A stretch of DNA of 64,000 nt from Marispirochaeta sp. Its GTDB lineage: Bacteria > Spirochaetota > Spirochaetia > JC444 > Marispirochaetaceae. Positions 19,234-27,725 of this stretch are shown here, one piece after another (within the stretch, counting starts at the first letter, position 1; each line of letters begins with the position of its first letter). The stretch is from contig CAXXFF010000002.1 of assembly GCA_963676835.2 (NCBI GenBank), positions 1,216,001-1,280,000 on the forward strand, written 5' to 3'. Both the position numbers and the translations under genes were made by a program. The notes below the pieces were generated by a model that was not told the origin of the DNA, searched no databases, and saw nothing but the letters and a program-made list of their open reading frames with translations.

Positions 19234-20505
19234 ATGTTCAAGCTGGATGGTCTTGGAAACATACGCAAGGTCCGTTGGACCGGTCTGCGTCCGGGGGTGG
19301 TGATCCTTTCGGGGGTCTCCATCAACGATCATCCCATCCCCGAGCTGACGGGCTTTCCGGTGCTTACCGAATCTTTAATTTCTGATCTCTCCTCCCGTTA
19401 CCAGTTTCTTGCCGGCCGGGAGGTTGTTGTTGCCGAGGCGGTCTATAACTATTCACCCTTTGAGTTTGCCGATCAGCTCCGGCATTCAGAAAAACAGAGA
19501 AACAGCTTCAACCGTCTGCGCCGGGATTTTGAAGAGACGAAAAAGATGGTCCTTCTCAATATGGGCCTGGACCTTCAGACGGATGTTCCCGTAATCGGGT
19601 CTGACCATGTTGACCGGGAGTACATGGTGAAGGATACCTACAACTCCTTTTCCTATCTTTATGGGCTTGGAGAGGACCTGGATGCGATTCCCTCCTTTTT
19701 TCACCGCATGGACTTGAGCCTTTCCCTGGCCGACCTGGTTACCAACCGGCTGCAGGAGAAATTCAATGTCCCCGATGACAGCGAGGTGGTGCTGCATCTG
19801 GTGGTTGATTTTTCAAGAAGCATGGACTCCATGGGCAAGCTCGATCTGGTGGTACAGACGGTTAATGCTTTTTACAGCTTTTACTCTGAGCTTCTTGCCA
19901 ATACCACCATAAAACTCTACACCTTTTCCGATGAGTGCCGGCCGGCCCGGTATCCGCTGCAGGAGGCAGGAGTCCGCCGGGGAAACACCGCCTACGGCTC
20001 TTTTATGAAAAAGGTTCTGCACCTTAAGGAAAAGGAAAAACGCAACAAGATAATCCTCTTTACCGACGGAGTGCCCACGGACCGCAGTGAAGCACTGAAG
20101 ATGGCGGAGCTGATAAAGAAGAACTGCCTGGACTATACCCAGATCATCTTCGACATTAAAGAGGAGAGGCGCACCGAGGTTGTCTATGCTGACGGTATGG
20201 TTGTGGACGCCGTTGACAATATGGTGGAAGAGCTGTCGGCGGGTATGTCGGAACGGGTCCTCTCCGACGAGGATCTGGACGCAAAAATGAAAGGGATCTT
20301 TGATGACTTTACCGAAGTAGCTGAAAGCTGCGGCGGTAATCAGATCATCCTTAAAATAAATGAACTGCTCAATCTGGTAACGGTGGAATGTTATGACCGC
20401 TATCTCGGTCTGTTAAGCCTCGCCACGAGAGCAGAAACTGTCCAGGTTGAAGAGACCCGGACTGATAAGCCGCAGGTAAAAAAATGGAGCCCCCCGCGGG
20501 TGTAA
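19234..20505 (+). CDS. vWA-domain protein, apparently cytoplasmic
   Basis: MIDAS VVDFSRSM and LFTDGVP; no signal peptide. Confidence 0.72.
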   Translation: MFKLDGLGNIRKVRWTGLRPGVVILSGVSINDHPIPELTGFPVLTESLISDLSSRYQFLAGREVVVAEAVYNYSPFEFADQLRHSEKQRNSFNRLRRDFEETKKMVLLNMGLDLQTDVPVIGSDHVDREYMVKDTYNSFSYLYGLGEDLDAIPSFFHRMDLSLSLADLVTNRLQEKFNVPDDSEVVLHLVVDFSRSMDSMGKLDLVVQTVNAFYSFYSELLANTTIKLYTFSDECRPARYPLQEAGVRRGNTAYGSFMKKVLHLKEKEKRNKIILFTDGVPTDRSEALKMAELIKKNCLDYTQIIFDIKEERRTEVVYADGMVVDAVDNMVEELSAGMSERVLSDEDLDAKMKGIFDDFTEVAESCGGNQIILKINELLNLVTVECYDRYLGLLSLATRAETVQVEETRTDKPQVKKWSPPRV

Positions 20506-20526
20506 AAAAACAGCAGGAGAAAAAAC

Positions 20527-21735
20527 ATGAATAAGCTGTTCACCATTGTGTTGTCCTTCGTAATATTCTTTTCTTTATCCTTAAGCATGTCCGCCCAGGA
20601 CTGTGTCAGCTTTGTGGAGGTTCAGGAGAAGACGCAGTTTGTGCTGGTTGTAGACCGCAGCGGCAGTATGGCCGGCGATCCCCTTCGGGATGCGAAGCAG
20701 GCGGTAATAAACTTTATTAACAGTATGCAGCCCGGAGATTCGGCGGCCCTGATTACCTTTGAAGATCAGGTGCATGTGAATCATAACTTTTCCTCCGACC
20801 GGGCAAGCCTGGTGCAGGCTGTACGGAATATTGAGACCGGCGGCAGGACCCGTTTTTACGATGCCGTGGCAGCTGCCGCCCGTATGCTGAAAGGGAAAAG
20901 CGGCCGTACGGCGATTCTTTTTCTTACCGATGGTAACGACAACGAAAGCAGTTTTTCCCTGAATAATATACGGCAGATGAATATCGGTGAACAGAATGTC
21001 GTTTACGGCATTGGGCTGGGGAATATCGACCATAATGGCATAAGCGCCCTGAGTACCGCCACCGGCGGACAGTACCGGGCAGCCCGGGGATCGGGTGAAC
21101 TCAGTTCTTTGTATGCTGACCTGCAGAAACTCTATTACACCGAATATCGGGATACCCGGAACAGCAGCGGAGGGTACACGGTTACCTCTCTTCCCGGCGG
21201 GAAAAGTGTCTACTTTGACGGAACCCTGGCCGGTACAACACCGCTGAATATGGACGGGATCAGTCCCGGCGAACATGTGGTGCAGGTGGAGTTTGAAAAC
21301 GGCCTGTGGGAATGCCGCAGTCAGTTAAAAGCGGGAACCAAGGGTTATATTACCGCCCGGTCTGCCGACCTTCCTGGTATTTTTTACATTGAATCATCTC
21401 CCCGGGGTGCGGCGGTTTTCATTGACGATACCTACGTGGGGCTCACTTCCATGATACCTTCACCTGTGGTGAATGGTTCCCGGGATCTTTCCGGACAGCT
21501 TCAGGTTAAGGATCTTCCCGAAGGTAAGCATACGGTAAAAATTATAGCCGCCCCGGATCTTGAACTCTCCGCAGCCCAGGAGATGGTGTTTGATTTCGAA
21601 ATGCGCAAGGCAAGCCGTTATGTGATTGTTAACGTGCTGGGAGGAAAGGCCCTGTTTGCCAACGGGGAACGGAAGCAGCGAAATATTGGCGATATGATTG
21701 AGAATGCCTTCAGCGACCCTATGTTTAATGACTAG
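20527..21735 (+). CDS. Exported vWA plus PEGA-domain protein
   Basis: Signal peptide; DRSGSM, T and LTDG MIDAS residues; PEGA-like SLPGGKSVYFDG...GTTP and SSPRGAAVFID. Confidence 0.85.
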   Translation: MNKLFTIVLSFVIFFSLSLSMSAQDCVSFVEVQEKTQFVLVVDRSGSMAGDPLRDAKQAVINFINSMQPGDSAALITFEDQVHVNHNFSSDRASLVQAVRNIETGGRTRFYDAVAAAARMLKGKSGRTAILFLTDGNDNESSFSLNNIRQMNIGEQNVVYGIGLGNIDHNGISALSTATGGQYRAARGSGELSSLYADLQKLYYTEYRDTRNSSGGYTVTSLPGGKSVYFDGTLAGTTPLNMDGISPGEHVVQVEFENGLWECRSQLKAGTKGYITARSADLPGIFYIESSPRGAAVFIDDTYVGLTSMIPSPVVNGSRDLSGQLQVKDLPEGKHTVKIIAAPDLELSAAQEMVFDFEMRKASRYVIVNVLGGKALFANGERKQRNIGDMIENAFSDPMFND

Positions 21736-21781
21736 TCCAAAAATTAGCTTAATGACTGATCGGATTGGAAGAGGTAATGTC

Positions 21782-23461
21782 ATGACACGAATAAAGATAG
21801 TCGTACTGCTGCTGATGCTTGTTCCGGCAGCACTTACCGCCCAGCAGGCCCAGGGGCTGGACCCGGTCCCCGGGGCACTGAATATCTCCCTGCCCCAGGC
21901 GAATCCCCGGGGCATTGTCTCCGCAGCCGGAGCTGCTCCCGGAGACGGTGAGACTGCACAGGCCCTGCCTGCAAAGGTTGACCTGCAGCAGTTTCTGCCG
22001 CCGGTGAAAAACCAGGGGCAGATCGGCAGTTGCGCCGCCTGGGCCAGCGTCTATTACGCCAAGACAATACAGGAGAACCAGGAGCGCCGCTGGGGTGCGG
22101 ATAATGCGGACCACCAGTACAGCCCTCTTTTTACCTACAACCAGATTACCAAAGGGGTAAATGAGGGCACCGCTATTCAGGATCATATGGTGCTGATGGA
22201 AAAGCTCGGGGCTGCCCCGTTCAGCAGTTTTCCCTACGCGGATAACCTCAATGTCCAGCCCGATGCTAAGGTACTGAAGGCGGCGGAAAAGTATCCGGCT
22301 TCGTCTCACAAGAACCTGGATACCTACGATTACACAACAAAAACCTGGTCGGTAAAGCTTGAGTCCGTTAAAGCTACCCTTGCCGAGGGGCTGCCTGTTG
22401 TGGGGGGATTTCAGGTCTATGAAAACCTGCACAGCTACCGGGGCGGTATTTACAACAAGGTAGCCGGGGCTGCTTCCGGCGGTCATGCGATGTGCATTAT
22501 CGGCTATGACGATTCTAAAAATGCTTTGCACCTGGTTAATTCCTGGGGAACATCCTGGGGAGACCAGGGCTTTCTCTGGATGGACTACGATCTGTTTGAA
22601 GAGCTCTGCACCTACGGCTGCGTGGTTATGTATGACACGGTTATTCCCGTACCTGATAGCATTCAGGCTCCGGTGAATCTTGAAGGCAGCAGGGGGGTAT
22701 ATAAAAACCGCATAGAGCTCTCCTGGACTGCCGTGGATGGGGCGGAACTCTATATCGTCTACCGGGTGGATAACGCCGAGGGAGTTCTGAAAGAGGTCGG
22801 CCGGACCGATGAACCCGCCTGGATCGAAGAGAATCTTCCCCCCGGGGTGACCTATGTCTATGCCGTAAAGGCTGCGAAGAAAAAGGGCTCCGGTCTGCTT
22901 GAGAGCGATTTCAGTGAGATAGCCGAAGGATGGACAGTGGAAGAGAAGTTTCCTCCGGGAATCCCCTCTAATCTTACCTTCGGATTTTTTATGGGAAACC
23001 CCGTTCTGGTTTGGCTGCCCGTGGAAGAGGCTGAAGGCTACAACGTCTACCGCTGGTCCGATGCTGAAGAGGCCTTTATGCTGTTAGGCAGTTCAAAGGA
23101 TTCGGCCTTTATGGATTCCGGGTATAAAAATCTTAATGAAGCAGGAATTATCTACTATATCGTGCAGGCCTATAACGCCAACGGCGAGGGCTACCCCACG
23201 GAGAGCCTTGCGGTGCTGAAGGAGATAGCCGAAGAGAAGCCCGAGGAAGAGATTATCGAAACCGATACCCTGAAGGATGATATTCCCGCAGAAAAGAAAG
23301 AGGCCTTCGACGGTGATTTCTACCGCACCGATTACTTTGATTACGAGTACACCGTGAAACAGTTCCGGGAATACTACGAGAAGGAGATGCAGGCCTTCCG
23401 GGATTTTCAGAAGAACGAAGCGGACAGCTTTGAGGCCTGGAAGCGGCAGCACAGCCGGTAG
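21782..23461 (+). CDS. Exported papain-like (C1) cysteine protease with fibronectin-III repeats
   Basis: Signal peptide; QGQIGSCAAWA (Cys), GGHAMCIIGYDD (His), NSWG (Asn); two Fn3-like repeats; acidic helical tail. Confidence 0.9.
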   Translation: MTRIKIVVLLLMLVPAALTAQQAQGLDPVPGALNISLPQANPRGIVSAAGAAPGDGETAQALPAKVDLQQFLPPVKNQGQIGSCAAWASVYYAKTIQENQERRWGADNADHQYSPLFTYNQITKGVNEGTAIQDHMVLMEKLGAAPFSSFPYADNLNVQPDAKVLKAAEKYPASSHKNLDTYDYTTKTWSVKLESVKATLAEGLPVVGGFQVYENLHSYRGGIYNKVAGAASGGHAMCIIGYDDSKNALHLVNSWGTSWGDQGFLWMDYDLFEELCTYGCVVMYDTVIPVPDSIQAPVNLEGSRGVYKNRIELSWTAVDGAELYIVYRVDNAEGVLKEVGRTDEPAWIEENLPPGVTYVYAVKAAKKKGSGLLESDFSEIAEGWTVEEKFPPGIPSNLTFGFFMGNPVLVWLPVEEAEGYNVYRWSDAEEAFMLLGSSKDSAFMDSGYKNLNEAGIIYYIVQAYNANGEGYPTESLAVLKEIAEEKPEEEIIETDTLKDDIPAEKKEAFDGDFYRTDYFDYEYTVKQFREYYEKEMQAFRDFQKNEADSFEAWKRQHSR

Positions 23462-23506
23462 TAAAAAACGTTTAATAGAATCAGCTGAAAACTAACGGAG
23501 TACATC

Positions 23507-24178
23507 ATGAAAAAACTGATTACAATTTTACTGACATTCACCACTCTCATATCCCTGTCTGCTCTCCCTGAGCAGGCAGATATACCTGACTGGTATCTTA
23601 ATCCCCCGGAACCCGAAAATAAAATCGTCGGACTTGGCGCGCATAAAGCGGATAACCCCGGCTCCTCGGTTATTCTCTCCCTGGTTCACAGCCTTGGGCA
23701 GATATCAACTATTGCTGCGGCAAAATATGAGAATGCAGAAACCACCTACGATAATGAAGAAGGGCTTCCGGATGTCAAGTTTGAAGAGGCTGTTCTCAAA
23801 GGTAAGGCTATGGTCAGTATAGGGACGTGCATTATACATGCGGTTTACACTGATTATCTCCAGACTACAAGCAATGAGGAAGGTGAACAGACTATCTCTT
23901 TTGCAGAGTTAATTGAGAAAGTCCTTCTGCCCTATAAAGGAGGATATGTCTGCCTGACCAGTACGGTGCAGGACAGTGCGGTGGATGATGATGCAGATCA
24001 TAAACAGCACAGTAATATTGAGCCCGATTTTTCTCCCCGGGATTTTTACTATCAGCTTATGGCCATTCTCGAAGAGGCCGGCTGTGAGATTGAGAAGTAT
24101 TTTGCCGAGGATGGTACGGTGTATACCAAGGCTGTAATAAGCTGGGATGCGGTGAAGGCTCTGGCAGAAGAGAGTTGA
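23507..24178 (+). CDS. Exported LPP20-like protein
   Basis: Signal peptide; PDWYLNPP...GLG; homologous to the C-terminal half of 31827-33185. Confidence 0.6.
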   Translation: MKKLITILLTFTTLISLSALPEQADIPDWYLNPPEPENKIVGLGAHKADNPGSSVILSLVHSLGQISTIAAAKYENAETTYDNEEGLPDVKFEEAVLKGKAMVSIGTCIIHAVYTDYLQTTSNEEGEQTISFAELIEKVLLPYKGGYVCLTSTVQDSAVDDDADHKQHSNIEPDFSPRDFYYQLMAILEEAGCEIEKYFAEDGTVYTKAVISWDAVKALAEES

Positions 24179-24287
24179 GGAATTATCGAATAGTCTATGC
24201 TCTGAGTGTAAAAAGTAAAAGTGTGAATACAGTTAATGGCTTAACAACTCGAACACTAAAAAAGTTGTAAAACTGGTGAGGATTTAA

Positions 24288-27200
24288 ATGAGAAAAATAA
24301 CACTATCTGTACTTATGTTCCTGGTCACAACTTTATTTTTTAGTTGCGCTTCTACAACCTCATTGTTGCGAATTGATTTAAACGGTCCCGATATGGAGTT
24401 TGTATCGGAGAAAGAGAATTCTCCTGAAATTTCAACAGAAGTAAACAGCTATTTTGAGGGAAAAAGCGTCTATAGTTTTAACAACCAGTACAGAGCTGTC
24501 TGGAAAAATGAATATTGCTTTATAGAGAACTTCGATACAGGTGAAAAATCCCGAATTTTTACTGTAGGTAGAGGCGTGACAGATATTGTCTTTGCCCCGG
24601 ATAACCATAGCTGTGCAGTCCTTTGTTATGGGGGAGATTTACTTGTCGTAGATATAGAAAGTCTTAAGATTATATCGGAATTAGAAGTTGATACTGAAAC
24701 ATTTAGCCCTGAAAAAGTTGTTTACTCAAACAATGGTAATGTTCTCTGTTTAAGGTACACTAATACGTTCTCTTTCTGGAATACAGAGACCGGGGAGTAT
24801 TTAAGTACCATACAGCTTAAGAGCGGACCTTATACTTGTGCTATAGATGATATTTCCATGGAAATTCTGGTAACAAAGCCGTATACCAAAGCTGGTTCTC
24901 ACCGTTTTGACGTATATAGTATTCTGACAGGTGCTTCTGTCAGAACATTTAATATAAATCTCGGTCGTATTTATCCATATGTGGAAAGCTCTATTGTTTT
25001 CTCCGGTGATGGCAAAAAAATAATCAGAACAGGTTCTACTACAGACGGATTTAAACAACGCACACGGGCACTGACGTGCTACGACGCCAATAACGGAGAA
25101 AAGATATGGGAACATGGAGGATCCGAAGAGGCTCCATTGAATATTGATGTTGTCCCGGACTCTTTTCCGAGTGAGTTTAAACTGCAATGTAGTGGCAAAG
25201 AAACTGTTTCTGTAGTTTCATCTTCTTCATATTTTTATAAGCTGTCCGGCAATGACAGTGCTGTTCCGGGAGAAGAGCAGACTCGTCTTTGGGAGATATC
25301 TATTGCAGATGGTTCTATAATTGACTCTTTTCCCGTCAACAGCCCGGGTTCAAAAAGTTCAAACAGAGAAATAGTGTCCGACCAGAACAAAATAATTGAT
25401 GCATCAAATGCGGGAAGAATGTTTTCGAGCGAACCGGGCACACTCAAGTTTTCTCAGAATGGGGTTTATTATACCTGGGATATTGAAAAAGGCAGTTTGA
25501 AGTCTGTTCTTGATTCGAAAGACCTTGCAGATGGAGTTACCTGTTATGGTGTAAACAGTATCCTGAGCCTGGGTGTTATCGGCGTAGCGAATCAGGCATA
25601 TCAGTATGAACTCTGGAATTTTGATCTTGCCAAGAGGATTGCCGCAATAAACCTTGAAGACTATGCCGATGCCGGGTTTTGTGATCCTGAACATATAACC
25701 AGTGTACACGTAAGCCCTACGGGAAAGTCTATTCTGTTCTTTATCAAAAACTATAAAGACCCTGACTATGTTTTAGTATGGGACATAAACAGACAGCAGA
25801 AAGCAGTTTTTCTCCAGGGAGAAAACTGGCATCACGTCGGATATCGAAGTGAAGAAATTATCGGATGTTATGACTCATATTCTGACAGTGCTCCTGAATA
25901 TTTTAATCTTGTATCAGGCCAAAAATCCGCAGCCTTTAATTTAAAGAAAAGTAATGAAACAATTCATGTGAAGAATGAAGGCGATCGTTTAGTATTTTAC
26001 TATTTCAATGATAAACATGATGAGGCAGAAATTGATTCTTTTTCTATACAGCCTTTGAGAAAATTAATGGGAGAAAGACCTTTCAGTATTCTTGATTACC
26101 ATCCTGAGAATCATGCTGTCAGTGTTATTCAGGATAAGACTCTTGCAATGTACAGTTTATCTGAGCAGGCACTTATCTGGAAAAAAGAGATTCCTGGTTT
26201 GCTGAAAGATGATCATCTGTCGGTGTATTACTTAAAAACCGAGTCCGGACTGGCAAGAGTCGATCTCAGTACAGGTCATATTTATGACTCTTCTGATCTC
26301 GGCACTATGCATGAATATATTATCAAGGGTACACCAATTGGTATTAAGCTATGGGAAAACAAGTATGCAAGTTGGGAAATACCTGAGAATGAACTGATAA
26401 AAATTGTTACCACCACCAACGGCGAGTGGTTTGTCATTACCCCCGACGGCCGCTTCGATTGCTCTGCCGGTGGAAAAGATTTTATCAAATTCTACAAAGG
26501 TGAAGAAGAATACGCATCGGATCAGCTCTGGGATTCTCTGTATACTCCCGGGATTCTGGCACTTGCTGTCTCAGGAGAATTAAAACCCCGGGAAGAAGAG
26601 TCAATCATCTCCACTCTGGAACAGGCTCCTGAAGTAACTATCATTTCCCCGGAATCAAAAACGACGGAGGCGAACCAGGCTGTTGTAAAGGTACAGGTTG
26701 AAGACAGCGGCAACGGTATCGGCGATGTCTATTTATATGTAAACGGAAAAACCTACAACCGCTCCACCCGGGGGCTGAAGATTGCACGCACCGGGAGCAC
26801 CTACGAGTTTTCCATACAGCTGATTCCCGGAGAAAACAGAATAAAGGCGGTTGCAGAAAACGGCAACGGAACCATTGAAGGCTGGAGTGATGAGGTTGTT
26901 ATTACCTGTACTCCTCCCGAGCAGATACTGCCTTCACTGCATATACTCTCCATCGGTGTAAGCGATTATCAGGACCAGGGAATCCGATTGAATGCTCCCG
27001 ATGATGACTCCCGAATGATAGCGAAAGTGTTTTCCGATCTTGGTGAAAATCTATATGGGGATGTTACACAGACGGTTCTGGTAGACCGGGATGCAAGGCT
27101 GAACGGGATACGGGCAGGCTTTAAATCAATGCTGGAAACTGCAAACCCCGAGGATACGGTAATAGTATTCTTCGCCGGTCACGGATTTACCGAAAATCAA

Positions 27201-27689
27201 CGCTTTTATTACCTGCCCCAGGATGCAGATATAACTGACCTCCCTGGTACGGCCTTATCAATTGATGAAATAAGCCGGCTGACCCAGGAGATCAGTGCTT
27301 CCAAAATAGTTCTTCTCTTCGACACCTGTCAGAGCGGGGATGCCGCCATTACTCTTAGTCAGATTGCCATGTCCCGCGGTTTTGATGAACGAAAAGCCAT
27401 TGCCGATCTGGCAAAGCAGAGCGGTATTATGGTATTTGCCGCTACGAGCCCCGGCATGAATGCCTATGAGATTTCCGAACTGGGGAACGGCGTTTTTACC
27501 TACAGCATTATCAAGGCTATTAAAGAAAAGAAGGATGCAATTTCCCGGGATTCCTATGTGACAATAAACAAGCTCATGTCCGAGGTTGATTTTCTTACCC
27601 GGGAAATCAGTTACGAGTACCTGGGATTCTCCCAGAATCCGATCCGGTATAACTTCGGCCAGGATTTCAGTATTGGTAGATTGAAGTAA
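24288..27689 (+). CDS. Lipoprotein with divergent beta-propeller, Ig-like and caspase (C14) domains
   Basis: Lipobox LFFSC; propeller-like repeats; WFVITPDGRFDCS linker resembling that of 14771; dyad FFAGHG and FDTCQSG. Confidence 0.85.
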   Translation: MRKITLSVLMFLVTTLFFSCASTTSLLRIDLNGPDMEFVSEKENSPEISTEVNSYFEGKSVYSFNNQYRAVWKNEYCFIENFDTGEKSRIFTVGRGVTDIVFAPDNHSCAVLCYGGDLLVVDIESLKIISELEVDTETFSPEKVVYSNNGNVLCLRYTNTFSFWNTETGEYLSTIQLKSGPYTCAIDDISMEILVTKPYTKAGSHRFDVYSILTGASVRTFNINLGRIYPYVESSIVFSGDGKKIIRTGSTTDGFKQRTRALTCYDANNGEKIWEHGGSEEAPLNIDVVPDSFPSEFKLQCSGKETVSVVSSSSYFYKLSGNDSAVPGEEQTRLWEISIADGSIIDSFPVNSPGSKSSNREIVSDQNKIIDASNAGRMFSSEPGTLKFSQNGVYYTWDIEKGSLKSVLDSKDLADGVTCYGVNSILSLGVIGVANQAYQYELWNFDLAKRIAAINLEDYADAGFCDPEHITSVHVSPTGKSILFFIKNYKDPDYVLVWDINRQQKAVFLQGENWHHVGYRSEEIIGCYDSYSDSAPEYFNLVSGQKSAAFNLKKSNETIHVKNEGDRLVFYYFNDKHDEAEIDSFSIQPLRKLMGERPFSILDYHPENHAVSVIQDKTLAMYSLSEQALIWKKEIPGLLKDDHLSVYYLKTESGLARVDLSTGHIYDSSDLGTMHEYIIKGTPIGIKLWENKYASWEIPENELIKIVTTTNGEWFVITPDGRFDCSAGGKDFIKFYKGEEEYASDQLWDSLYTPGILALAVSGELKPREEESIISTLEQAPEVTIISPESKTTEANQAVVKVQVEDSGNGIGDVYLYVNGKTYNRSTRGLKIARTGSTYEFSIQLIPGENRIKAVAENGNGTIEGWSDEVVITCTPPEQILPSLHILSIGVSDYQDQGIRLNAPDDDSRMIAKVFSDLGENLYGDVTQTVLVDRDARLNGIRAGFKSMLETANPEDTVIVFFAGHGFTENQRFYYLPQDADITDLPGTALSIDEISRLTQEISASKIVLLFDTCQSGDAAITLSQIAMSRGFDERKAIADLAKQSGIMVFAATSPGMNAYEISELGNGVFTYSIIKAIKEKKDAISRDSYVTINKLMSEVDFLTREISYEYLGFSQNPIRYNFGQDFSIGRLK

Positions 27690-27725
27690 TCTTATCTGGG
27701 TGAAGCGAAGAGAGAAGATAAAAAC

